DNA from: Polyangiaceae bacterium
Lineage (GTDB): Bacteria > Myxococcota_A > Polyangia > Polyangiales > Polyangiaceae
Direction of reading: 5' to 3'
Assembly: GCA_044225865.1 (NCBI GenBank)
Contig: JBGAID010000021.1
Coordinates: 40,280-104,279 of the forward strand
DNA length: 64,000 nucleotides
The position numbers and the translations under genes are program-made. Below the pieces are notes generated by a model, which saw only the letters and a program-made list of their open reading frames with translations, had not been told where the DNA came from and did not search any database. Positions 48,266-57,549 of this stretch are shown here, one piece after another. Within the stretch, counting starts at the first letter, position 1; every line of letters starts with the position of its first letter.

Positions 48266-48349
48266 CAGGACCTCCAAAGGAGCAAGAAAGCGAGATCCTC
48301 TTACGACAGCGCGCCTCGCTTGCTTCCTCCCGCTCGTCGACCGAGCTTC

Positions 48350-50005
48350 TCACCCATCGATGGCGCGGGTGGAGCCGGCCCGCGCGCGCAGCTCGAACTT
48401 CTGGATCTTCCCGGTCGAGGTCCGCGGCAGGGGACCGAACACGATCGAGCGCGGCACCTTGAAGCCGGAGAGCCTCTCCCTGCAAAACGCGATGACCTCC
48501 TCCGCGGTGAGGGTCGCCCCTGGTCTCAGCTCGAGGAAGGCGCACGGCGTCTCGCCCCACTTCGGATCCGGCTGGGCCACCACGGCTGCGCCCGTCACGT
48601 CGGGGTGGTGATAGAGGATGTCCTCGACCTCGAGGCTCGAGATGTTCTCTCCTCCCGAGATGATGATGTCCTTGCTGCGGTCCTTGATCTTCAGATAGCC
48701 GTCCGGCTGCCGCACCCCGAGATCGCCAGTGTGGAACCACCCCCCCGCGAACGCGTCGCGGGTCGCGGTGGGGTTCTTCAAATAGCCCTTCATGGTGATG
48801 TTCCCTTTGAACATCAGCTCCCCCATCGTCTCGCCGTCCGCCGGCACCGGCCTCATCGTCTCGGGGTCGAGCACGTCCACCGCCTCTTGGAGGTGATAGC
48901 GCACGCCCTGGCGGGCGTTGAGCCGGGCCCGCTCCGAGATTGGCAGCGAAGCCCACGCGCCGTGGCGCTCGCACACGGCGGCGGGGCCGTAGACCTCCGT
49001 CAGGCCATAGACGTGCACGAAATCGAACCCGATACGCTCCATCGACTCGATGAGCGCCGCGGGCGGGGCCGCTCCCGCCACCATCGCCGAGACGCGCTGC
49101 GGGATGTCCCGCCCATGCTCCCCCGCCGCCGCGGCGAGCGTGGAGTGCACGATGGGCGCGCCGCAATAGTGGCTCACCCGGTGCTCCCGCATCAGATCGA
49201 AGATCACCTTCGCGTCGACCTTGCGCAGGCAGACATTCGTCCCCGCCCGCGCCGCCACCGTCCACGCGAAGCACCAGCCATTGCAGTGGAACAGCGGCAG
49301 CGTCCACAGGTACACCGGGTGCTTCGGCAAGTCCCACTCGAGGATGTTGGACACGGCGTTCATGAACGCGCCGCGATGGTGATAGACGACCCCCTTGGGA
49401 TCTCCCGTCGTCCCCGACGTGTAGTTTAGACAGATGGCGTCCCACTCGTCGGCGGGGCCCTCGTAGACAAACGCGGGATCGCCCTCCGCGAGGAGCGCCT
49501 CATAGGCGACCCCGGGCGTCGCGGGCAGCCCCAGCTCCGGGGCGTCCACGTCGACCACCAAAATGTCTCTCCGCAGGCGATCGAGCGCTCCCCGCGCGAG
49601 CGCCCCCAGCTCCCGATCCACGAAGAGCGCCTTCGCCTCCCCGTGCGCGAGCATGAAGGCGATGCTGTCCGCGTCGAGCCGCGTGTTGAGGGCGTTCAAC
49701 ACGGCCCCGCTCATCGGCACCCCGAAGTGCGCCTCGATCATCGCCGGCACGTTCGGCATCAGGGCCGCCACCGTGTCGCCCCGCCCGATCCCGCGCTTCC
49801 GCAGCGCGCTCGCGAGCCGCCGGCACCGCGCCTCCGTCTCCCGCCAGGTCTGCCGTAGCTCCCCGTGGATGATCGCCACCCGCTCCGGGTGCACCTGCGC
49901 CGCTCGCGAGAGGAACGTCATCGGCGTGAGGGCGACGAAGTTCGCCTCGTTCTTCTCCAGGCCGAGCTCGTAGATCGATTGCATGCGCCCCATTGGAGCA
50001 TCCAT
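48350..50005 (-). CDS. AMP-dependent acyl-CoA synthetase/ligase
   Basis: AMP-binding motif YTSGTTGDPKGV. Also ...TGDLG...KDRSKDIIISGGENI.... Start may be the downstream ATG (MQSIYELGLE, ~49984). Confidence 0.85.
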   Translation of the reverse strand: MDAPMGRMQSIYELGLEKNEANFVALTPMTFLSRAAQVHPERVAIIHGELRQTWRETEARCRRLASALRKRGIGRGDTVAALMPNVPAMIEAHFGVPMSGAVLNALNTRLDADSIAFMLAHGEAKALFVDRELGALARGALDRLRRDILVVDVDAPELGLPATPGVAYEALLAEGDPAFVYEGPADEWDAICLNYTSGTTGDPKGVVYHHRGAFMNAVSNILEWDLPKHPVYLWTLPLFHCNGWCFAWTVAARAGTNVCLRKVDAKVIFDLMREHRVSHYCGAPIVHSTLAAAAGEHGRDIPQRVSAMVAGAAPPAALIESMERIGFDFVHVYGLTEVYGPAAVCERHGAWASLPISERARLNARQGVRYHLQEAVDVLDPETMRPVPADGETMGELMFKGNITMKGYLKNPTATRDAFAGGWFHTGDLGVRQPDGYLKIKDRSKDIIISGGENISSLEVEDILYHHPDVTGAAVVAQPDPKWGETPCAFLELRPGATLTAEEVIAFCRERLSGFKVPRSIVFGPLPRTSTGKIQKFELRARAGSTRAIDG

Positions 50006-50163
50006 GGCGGACAGGTTGGAGGGGCGCCGCCCCGTGGCGAACGCATTGCGCGCGGGGTAAAGGAGTGTATGAACCGGTCAGAGCGCGAACTGGAACTGCG
50101 GAATGTCCAGCTCGCTCTGCATGACCAAGAGAAGCTTCTTCATGGCTCGAGCATGGCGCGCTC

Positions 50164-50934
50164 TCACCTCCTCTCGAGCACGCGCATCTTCGCCTTGGTG
50201 AACGGATTGACGAGCTCCCTTACGACGGCAAAGCCCTCGGGGACCGCTCCGTCTCCCTCCAGCATGTACTTCCCGCCCGGCCCTGGGCTCACGCCGGGAG
50301 GCAATCCGGTCCCCTTCGGCGTCGCTGCCTCCGCGAGCTCATCGAGGTCGAGCATCTGCTTTCCCCCGAGGACGTTCGCCTCGTGCTCCGCGAGGCGCTC
50401 GGCGAACCAGTCACCCTTTCGTCCGGGTACGATGCCCGCGAAATAGCCGAGGAACACGTCGAGCCCCGGATAGGTGATCCCGACCATCGAATTGTCGGGC
50501 TCGGCCGAGAGCACGGGCAGCTCACCGATCGCATCGGGCTTGGACGGATAAAGAAAGTGGTATGCCTTTCGACCGCTGAAGGGCAGCGGGTAGCACGGCC
50601 GCGACAAGATCGTCATCGCGGGCGCGACGAGCTCCCCGTCATCTTCGGCGAGCTCGACGAGCGTCCGCGGCACGACCTCGCCTTCATTGTCGATCCATTC
50701 GCAGAGCGACCCGTCGAACGAGAGCCACGCTCGGAGGGACGGCGTCAGCGGCATGTCACCGTCCAGTCGAGCCTCATCCAGGATCTCCGCGTCGATCGGC
50801 CGAGGCTCGTGATCGACGGCGACGCTGCTGAACGTCCCCCCGAACCGGCGGCCGAAGGTCTTCGCAAAGCCGTTCGAGCGCACCAGCTCGATGACGGCCT
50901 GGACCAGCTCGACCCCCTGAAGATTGTTCGTCAT
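50164..50934 (-). CDS. hypothetical protein (256 aa)
   Basis: Good GC3 and diverse composition. No domain recognised. Confidence 0.5.
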   Translation of the reverse strand: MTNNLQGVELVQAVIELVRSNGFAKTFGRRFGGTFSSVAVDHEPRPIDAEILDEARLDGDMPLTPSLRAWLSFDGSLCEWIDNEGEVVPRTLVELAEDDGELVAPAMTILSRPCYPLPFSGRKAYHFLYPSKPDAIGELPVLSAEPDNSMVGITYPGLDVFLGYFAGIVPGRKGDWFAERLAEHEANVLGGKQMLDLDELAEAATPKGTGLPPGVSPGPGGKYMLEGDGAVPEGFAVVRELVNPFTKAKMRVLERR

Positions 50935-51604
50935 CGGCGCATCCTATCCAGATCGCGCCGAAGCCACGCAGCCCTTCAGGATCCTGACGTCCGTCCTTGA
51001 AACGAGGTCGTCAGGCACGACGCGGCTCGCACGTACGATCCCCGCCTTGAACGTCATCTTCCGTCGCACGGGCCCGCGCCGATACGCGGTCATCGTCGAG
51101 CCGCTCGCGGGCACGCCCCAAGCCATGGACCCCGCCCCCGGGTACGACGACGACATTCCGCACGATCTCGTCCATTACGCGGTCGAGGCCGAGCTGGGGC
51201 TCGACCATGGCGTGTTCGGGCGCGCCGCGAAGGGCGGGGGCACCTTCACGCCTGAGCCGCGAGGCGGAGCGCGCGAGCTCGCCAGAAGGCGACGCAAACA
51301 ACACCGCCGCGAGGAGCGATTGGCCGGCGCCGACGGCGCGACCTCCAAGGACATGGTGACGTCGGAGCGGTTGGCCGCCCTCGTCGACCTGGCGTGGAGG
51401 AGGCGGCACGGACAGAGACCCGAAGCGTCGCGCCTCGCGCCGACCGGCCCGCTGACGCCGGCCGACGAGGCGCGCATCGAAGCGTGCGTCGCGCAGCTCG
51501 ACGCGCTGGCGTCGCAATGGCGAGCGCTGCCCGTCGGCGGAGAGCTCGTGCTCCCGTGGCCGCGCCACGGATCGAGGGTCACGAAAGAGCGCGACGGCCG
51601 GTGA
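50924..51604 (+). CDS. hypothetical protein; start uncertain (TTG 50924 or ATG ~51125)
   Basis: Better coding character than the antisense ORF 51011..51625 (Arg-rich). DIPHDLVHYAVEAELGLDHGVFG motif of unknown function. Confidence 0.35.
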   Translation: MFVIGASYPDRAEATQPFRILTSVLETRSSGTTRLARTIPALNVIFRRTGPRRYAVIVEPLAGTPQAMDPAPGYDDDIPHDLVHYAVEAELGLDHGVFGRAAKGGGTFTPEPRGGARELARRRRKQHRREERLAGADGATSKDMVTSERLAALVDLAWRRRHGQRPEASRLAPTGPLTPADEARIEACVAQLDALASQWRALPVGGELVLPWPRHGSRVTKERDGR

Positions 51605-51631
51605 CGGATCGGACGCGCCGGGCATCGATGA

Positions 51632-52546
51632 TCAGGGGCTCGTCCCCCCGTCCCACGGCGGCACCGCCGGCAGGCACGCCGGCGTCGGGTGGGCCTCCAG
51701 ATAGTCCGCCGCCGCCTTCTTCAGCGCCGCGACGTCGGTGACCTTCTTGAAGTCGATCCCGTCCACGAACGCCTTGGTGTGCGCGCCGAGATCCTCGCCG
51801 CACTCGACCGCCTTCGGGGTGAGCAATGTCTGCTTGGCGTCGACGACGCTCTTCCACGCCGAGTCGTCGCCGGTCTTCACCGATGCCTCGAGGGGCTCCT
51901 TGCCGAACTCCGGGTTGGTCTGTCGCAGCTCCGCGACCTTCACGACGCCGTCGACGGTCATCAGATCGAGCATGTCGATGTCGTAGAGGACCTCGGACTC
52001 CGCGGTCGTGGGCTTTGGATAGGAGCGCCCGCAGAACTTCGACATGAAGCGGCGCGAGAGCCACCGCCAATTGAAGCCGCACGGCCCCATGTGCTCGCGG
52101 ACGGCGGTCGTCGCGAGGCGCGTGAACGCCTCCGACTTGCGCATCTCCTGGAGTGTCTTCTCGGTGAGCTCGGCCCCCTGATCGCCGTGGGTGCAGAAGC
52201 GCTCCTTGGGCGCGCCCTCGCCGTCCTCTTTGGTCGCGTCGTGGAGCAAGGCGGCGGCGCGCACCGCGTCCACGTTCGCCCCCCGCGCCTTGGCGAATGG
52301 AGGCGCATAGTAATAGAGTCGTCGCATGTGCAGGTGATTGGGACCGCCCTCCTTCACGTGCCGCCGCATCACCGCGTAGATCTTGTCGACCTCGACCGGG
52401 GTGAGCGAGTCGCCGGGCGACGGCCGCAGCGCCACATAGCAAGACCACGCGCCGAGCGCGACGAGCGCGCCCAGCGCCACGCGCACCCACCACCTCCTGA
52501 GCGCGACCCGCGCGAGCAGCTTGGCGACATAGAAGAAGCGGCGCAT
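51632..52546 (-). CDS. HD-domain phosphohydrolase-like protein with N-terminal membrane anchor/signal
   Basis: MRRFFYVAKLLARVALRRWWVRVALGALVALGAWS hydrophobic N-terminus. HD motif region HLHMRRLYYY...AALLHDATK. Confidence 0.6.
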   Translation of the reverse strand: MRRFFYVAKLLARVALRRWWVRVALGALVALGAWSCYVALRPSPGDSLTPVEVDKIYAVMRRHVKEGGPNHLHMRRLYYYAPPFAKARGANVDAVRAAALLHDATKEDGEGAPKERFCTHGDQGAELTEKTLQEMRKSEAFTRLATTAVREHMGPCGFNWRWLSRRFMSKFCGRSYPKPTTAESEVLYDIDMLDLMTVDGVVKVAELRQTNPEFGKEPLEASVKTGDDSAWKSVVDAKQTLLTPKAVECGEDLGAHTKAFVDGIDFKKVTDVAALKKAAADYLEAHPTPACLPAVPPWDGGTSP

Positions 52547-53023
52547 CGCGACAGGATAGCCTCGACGTCGCGCGCCGCCCAAGGCCCATCGCGCTCAAGC
52601 GGAGCGGCTCGCGCTGGCTGCCTCGCTCGCCCCCGCGAGGCGCAAGACGATGTCGTCGCGCGCCGCACCGTGATCGCCGCCCTCAAGGCCCGAGCCGAAC
52701 CACCCAATCGCTGGCGCCGGTCGCGGTGGCGTCTTCGAGGGCCAAGGTCTGCCCGGGGGCAGCCTCGAACGGTGAGTCCGGCAACGCCTCTTCCGAGCCG
52801 TCCCCGGAGAAGAGGCCGAGGAGGGAAGAACCGCGGGTCATCACTGTTCACTATCAGGTTGAGCCAGCCGGAGGCAGGGCGATCCGTTCGCCGAGAGCAA
52901 CCGCGCTATCGGGCTGCCGGTTCACGACCCATTCGGCGGCAACGCGTTGTATGCAATGGTCACGGTCGGCGCGCGCGGGCATCGCTTCGGCCCCATTTGA
53001 AGCTCAACGAGCAGGGCGGGCGC

Positions 53024-53515
53024 TCACTCGGATGGGCAGCGCCGGACCTCGATCGTCCCGCTCGCCGACGCGTGCGGGCGGTGCGCCTCCGCGAGCTCGA
53101 AGGAGAGCGTGGCGGCGATGCTGTCCTCGTCGGCGCTGGTGATCTCCACCGTCCCGAAGCCGCCGAGCTGCTTCGACCCGTCTGCGGAGAGGCTCTCGTA
53201 TTCGAAGTACGCGTCGTAGACGCCCGCGACCGGCTCGCCGACGCGAATGACGAGATACAAGCCCTCCGGGTTGCCTTCCCCCACGACGAGGTGGTGCTCG
53301 CAGTCGATGGGCCGATCGCCGAGCTGGATCTCCAGCGTCGTCCCGAGGACCTCGTCGCTCGCGTCGAGGGCGACCGCGAACGTGGGCCGAAACTCCGCCC
53401 CGTCGTACTCACCCTCCACCGCCCCGGACTCGAGCGCTACGCCCTCCGAACAAGCGCCGCCCAGCGCGACGAAGAACAGGGCAACCCCGAGACGACGACC
53501 CATCGGCGCGAGCAT
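53024..53515 (-). CDS. hypothetical lipoprotein
   Basis: MLAPMGRRLGVALFFVALGGAC lipobox. Beta-rich acidic mature domain. Confidence 0.5.
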   Translation of the reverse strand: MLAPMGRRLGVALFFVALGGACSEGVALESGAVEGEYDGAEFRPTFAVALDASDEVLGTTLEIQLGDRPIDCEHHLVVGEGNPEGLYLVIRVGEPVAGVYDAYFEYESLSADGSKQLGGFGTVEITSADEDSIAATLSFELAEAHRPHASASGTIEVRRCPSE

Positions 53516-53529
53516 ACTCCACGATCCGA

Positions 53530-54162
53530 TCACCAGGAGGCTTCGACCGCCCCATTGGCGATGTCCTGGAGCGACACGCGCACCCGCCCCGTCACGCCGA
53601 AGTGCTCGAAGACCCCTTGGACCGTGCCCACCTGGTACGTCTCGATGAACGCCGGCAAATCGAAGCACTCGAACACCAAGCGACGCGCCTCTCTCGAGAC
53701 GACGCGGACCTCACCGAAGCTCATGCTCAGGCGATAGGCCTTCGGTGCGAGCGCCAGCACGTCGCCGACCGAGTCCCCCACCGCCAGCACGAGGACGCGT
53801 CCCACGTGGCTCCCGAGGAACGTCGAGAACGACGTCCTCCCGATCTCCGCGAGCGCCTCCCCCAATGCGAGCCGCGGGTACACGCGGCGCGCGACCTCCA
53901 CCGTGAGCCGCAGGTTGTCGCGCATCGGATAATCGAGGAACGGCGTGTAGCGGCGGGCCGGGATCCCCGCCGCCTTGGCCAGCTCTGCCGGGCTCCCCGC
54001 CGCGGCCCCGAGCGCGAAGATCGTCTTGAAGAACATCCCCTTGCACGAGGCGTCGCGCGGAAGGCGCTCCAAATGAGCGTCGAGATCCACCGGCTCGCGC
54101 AGCCGCGGGGGCGCGAGCTCACGACCGGCGCTCGGCTCTCTCTCTCTTCGCCTCTCCACCAT
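53530..54162 (-). CDS. TIGR02265/DUF2378-like Myxococcales-restricted family protein
   Basis: Internal ATG (MVERRRE...). Family-like length (~210 aa) and C-terminal ...TYQVGTVQGVFEHFGVTGRVRV... pattern. The 5' part of the track ORF is junk. Confidence 0.45.
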   Translation of the reverse strand: MVERRREREPSAGRELAPPRLREPVDLDAHLERLPRDASCKGMFFKTIFALGAAAGSPAELAKAAGIPARRYTPFLDYPMRDNLRLTVEVARRVYPRLALGEALAEIGRTSFSTFLGSHVGRVLVLAVGDSVGDVLALAPKAYRLSMSFGEVRVVSREARRLVFECFDLPAFIETYQVGTVQGVFEHFGVTGRVRVSLQDIANGAVEASW

Positions 54163-54320
54163 CGCGGATTGCCGACCATAGCGAAAGCCTCGAACGACCG
54201 CGAGACCCTTGGGTCCACCCCCAACCAACGGCGCCGTCCCTACGGCGCAATGGGCGTCTTCCTCGGGGACGCACCGCCTGAAATTGGGCTCACGCGCTGA
54301 CCGCCTGATCGTCGGGGCTC

Positions 54321-55376
54321 TCAGCTGGCCGCGCGCATCAAGTTGACCCCCCGAAAGCACCCCTTCTTGCCAGTCGCGCCTTGGACGGTGTGCCACTCCA
54401 CACGCGCCCCGACGACCTTCTCTCCGAGTCGTGCTTGGACGAACGAACCCATGGGATACTTTGCGCGCTGTCGGAGGACCCGCGTCGCGAGCTCCGTCCC
54501 CCCCTTCGGCACCGCGCCCTTCCAATACTTCCACCCCACCGGTGGCGCCGGGTTGGTGGGACAGGGCGTTCCTGGTGGGTGGGCCGGAGGAACGCGCGGA
54601 TCGATGACAGCAACCTCTTCATCTCCGGCCGGAGGCGGCGGCGGACTCCAGGCGCTGGACGTAGCCCCGACCGCGAGCCGATTGGCAGGCGCTTCCAGGC
54701 GGCTCGCTGGAGCGGCCCTCGACGGATCGGCGACCGACGCGACGTCGAGATCGACCAGCAAGCTTCCGCCTGGCACAGCGATTCGGCAGTTCTGAGCCCA
54801 TTGCCACGCCACCACGGCCGGCGTGGCGGCGCTTCCCTCCATCTCCTCCCTGAAGGGTGCCGGCTTCGTCCCGCCGACGTCGGCGAGCCTGAACTTGAAG
54901 ATCCATAGAACGAGCCCCGGGACGGCGCTCGACGCGCTCTTCGCGCTCGTATGAGAGAGGTAGGCGCCCGGAGTGTATCCGCCCGCCGCGACGTGAGCGC
55001 ACCAAGCCTGCAAGTACGCGACGAATGCCGGAGAGAGCGGCCCACCCACTTCGATATCGAGATAGAGCACGGCGCCGGCAGGAAACCCCGCCTTCGCCGC
55101 CAATAGACAGGCAGCCTTGCCGTCGCGGCGGCCATGCGCCGCGTCCACCTGGTGAGAGCCGGGCCCCGCCTCTTGCTGTCCCACGTACAGGGGAGCGAGG
55201 CCCCATCCGCCGCTGACCAAGCTGGCGCGCTTGGACATCCAAGACGTACCGCGGTGCGACGGCGCAGGACCCAAGTAGAACCCGCACCACCGCAGGTTCG
55301 TCTTCGATCGCAAGTGCGCCATGACCCCGTCACCCGGATACACGGCCGTATCGATTCCCGCGAAGCCCATCATCAC
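54321..55376 (-). CDS. DUF1906 (glycoside-hydrolase-like TIM barrel, Rv2525c-like) domain protein
   Basis: MMMGFAGIDTAVYPGDG...WCGFYLGPAPSH... resembles the DUF1906 N-terminal block. Pro-rich linker and C-terminal small domain. Confidence 0.55.
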   Translation of the reverse strand: MMMGFAGIDTAVYPGDGVMAHLRSKTNLRWCGFYLGPAPSHRGTSWMSKRASLVSGGWGLAPLYVGQQEAGPGSHQVDAAHGRRDGKAACLLAAKAGFPAGAVLYLDIEVGGPLSPAFVAYLQAWCAHVAAGGYTPGAYLSHTSAKSASSAVPGLVLWIFKFRLADVGGTKPAPFREEMEGSAATPAVVAWQWAQNCRIAVPGGSLLVDLDVASVADPSRAAPASRLEAPANRLAVGATSSAWSPPPPPAGDEEVAVIDPRVPPAHPPGTPCPTNPAPPVGWKYWKGAVPKGGTELATRVLRQRAKYPMGSFVQARLGEKVVGARVEWHTVQGATGKKGCFRGVNLMRAAS

Positions 55377-55678
55377 CTCCCACCACCCCTCGACATCGAA
55401 CTGCCATGCCGCGTCGGGGTCTCCAGAAGCGAGCGTACCTGAATCTCGGTTCCGGCCACCGGCGGAACGTCCCGCACCGAGCGCTCACAGCTTGGAGCTC
55501 CCACGACCACCGCCGCTCCGCCGCGACAGCTTCCGCCGTCCTGGAGCGGCGCCCGATCCCGCTTCTCAAGCTACCAAGGATATGTTCCACTCATCCGCGT
55601 TCAGGGGGTGGGGAACGGGCGTGGTCGAAAGGGGGCCATTGCCACTGCCTTCCGCTGAACCCGCGGCATGGAGGCCAT

Positions 55679-56719
55679 ATGAAGGACAGCGAATTCATCC
55701 TCGACGACCTTCCCGACTACATTCGAGCGTCGATGGAGCTCCGGGACAAGTGGCTGAAGAGCGCCTCGAGCGGTGGCTTCGAGTTCGTCTTCTCCGACGT
55801 GACGGCATGGGCTCCCGGCCAAGTCGTAACAGTCGCCTTTCTCGGCGGCGATGAAGCGCTGCGCAAGGACATCGCAGACGCAACGACGCAAATCACCGAG
55901 GCATGCAATCTCAAGCTCGACTTTTGGACCGACGGGTCACGCACGAAGTTTCGAGAATGGTCCGAGGCGGACACTGCGTACAGCGCGGACATACGGGTCA
56001 GCTTCGACATGGGCGGCTATTGGTCGCTCGTCGGACAGGACAGCATCAACACGTCCATCGCCGGACCAGGCCAGCCGGTAGGGGGCCGCCCCAATCAGCG
56101 CAGCCTGAACCTCGGGGGGTTCGCCGCCTCCAGGCCGGCCAGCTGGAAGGGGACGACTCGCCACGAGTTCATGCACGCCGTCGGCTTCCACCACGAACAC
56201 CAAAACATGCGCGGCCCCGCCGAGGTCGAGTTTCGCTGGGAGGACGACCCTGGCTACACGCCCACGACCGACGGCCACGGCACCTTCGTCACCGACAACG
56301 GGGGACGTCGACCCGGAATCTACACATATCTCGCCGGTCCGCCGAACCGCTGGTCCAAGGCGAAGATCGACTTCAACCTCCGAACGACCGACAACCCCGA
56401 CGCCGTGGCGAGCGCCTTCGACAACGCGTCGGTGATGCTCTATCGCTTCCCGGCGCTCTTCTACAAGCGCAATCCGAGCCCGGCCGCCCCCGCTGGCGAC
56501 GGGCAAGATCTTTCGGAAGGCGACAAGCGCGGCCTGCGGCTCCTCTACCCGTTCCAGGAGGTCCGCGCCGTCGACAATCTGCTCGAACGCCGTTCCCACT
56601 TGGCCAAAGCAGCCGCTGGCGGCTCTGGGAGCGCGGGCCTCGAATCGGCACGTGACACCGGCGAGCCCGCCCTTGTCGAAAGCATCCGAACCGCATTGAA
56701 GAACAACACGAAGCGGTAG
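55679..56719 (+). CDS. astacin-like (M12A) zinc metalloprotease without signal peptide
   Basis: ATG 55679 with GGAGG SD 5 nt upstream. HEFMHAVGFHHEHQNM = HExxHxxGFxHEH zincin/astacin motif. SVMLY Met-turn. No N-terminal signal peptide. 170 bp upstream of the eCIS cluster on the same strand. Confidence 0.75.
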   Translation: MKDSEFILDDLPDYIRASMELRDKWLKSASSGGFEFVFSDVTAWAPGQVVTVAFLGGDEALRKDIADATTQITEACNLKLDFWTDGSRTKFREWSEADTAYSADIRVSFDMGGYWSLVGQDSINTSIAGPGQPVGGRPNQRSLNLGGFAASRPASWKGTTRHEFMHAVGFHHEHQNMRGPAEVEFRWEDDPGYTPTTDGHGTFVTDNGGRRPGIYTYLAGPPNRWSKAKIDFNLRTTDNPDAVASAFDNASVMLYRFPALFYKRNPSPAAPAGDGQDLSEGDKRGLRLLYPFQEVRAVDNLLERRSHLAKAAAGGSGSAGLESARDTGEPALVESIRTALKNNTKR

Positions 56720-56890
56720 CTCCCCGCCGGCGAGCTCGACAATCGTGGACGCGCCGCTCGTCACGGCGGCTCGCCGATGTTTGTCCTGTTCTCGAGCAGA
56801 GATTGGTCGTCGCAGTCGCGTTCACGAAGGCGCTTTTGGCAGTTGACGAGACAGTCGCGAGCGTGTTTTGGTTCATAGCTCGGGGGCAGG

Positions 56891-57523
56891 TTGGAGCGCA
56901 TCCTCGCGCTCGGGTTTCGCAATCGGGTAGGTCAGGGGATGATCGGGACAGTTCTCGCGTTCGTGCGAAGACAACTCGACGACTTTTTGCGCGCCGAGTT
57001 TCCGGCTGGGAGTGACCCTGTCGGCGACAAAGTCGTCTTCCCCGACGGCGACAAGATGGATCCGCTCACCTTCGCGCCCGAGGCGATATCTCTCCTTTTG
57101 CTCAACCTCGAAGAGGATCGGGTCCTCAGGCCGCCCGACTTGCATTCCAGGTCCCTGCCGAACGAGCCTCCCGCGCGCGTCCACCCGGAGATCCGCCTTA
57201 TCCTCAACCTCCTCTTCGTCGCGCGCTTCAAGCAATACGAGGGGGCGTGGAACCACTTGACCAAGGTCCTCTCCTTCTTCCAGTCACATCCGCTCATCGA
57301 AGGGGGCGCCGCCGAGCTCCCCACCGGAGTCGAGCGGCTCACGTTCGAGCTCGTGACGCTGCGCTTTGCCGAGCAGAACGAGGTCTGGAACGCGCTGCGC
57401 GCCACCCAGCATCCGTCTCTTCACTACCGATTGAAGATGGTCGTGCTTCGCGATGCGAAGCCGGACCCGTCGCCGCAGATCATCAATCCTGTCGACATCC
57501 GGGTCGCCCGCTCGACCCCCTGA
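56891..57523 (+). CDS. DUF4255 (Afp16/Pvc16-like) contractile-injection-system tail terminator/cap protein
   Basis: MIGTVLAFVRRQLDDFLRAEF... N-terminus typical of DUF4255. First gene of the eCIS cluster. Start TTG 56891 or ATG 56939. Confidence 0.7.
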   Translation: MERILALGFRNRVGQGMIGTVLAFVRRQLDDFLRAEFPAGSDPVGDKVVFPDGDKMDPLTFAPEAISLLLLNLEEDRVLRPPDLHSRSLPNEPPARVHPEIRLILNLLFVARFKQYEGAWNHLTKVLSFFQSHPLIEGGAAELPTGVERLTFELVTLRFAEQNEVWNALRATQHPSLHYRLKMVVLRDAKPDPSPQIINPVDIRVARSTP

Positions 57524-57549
57524 CCCCAACCTCGTGAGCCTCGAGCACC

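Noticed and set aside
51011-51625. 204-aa minus-strand ORF overlapping the hypothetical gene 50924..51604
   Set aside because: Arg/Pro-rich composition and poor third-position GC pattern relative to the plus-strand partner. Treated as a shadow.
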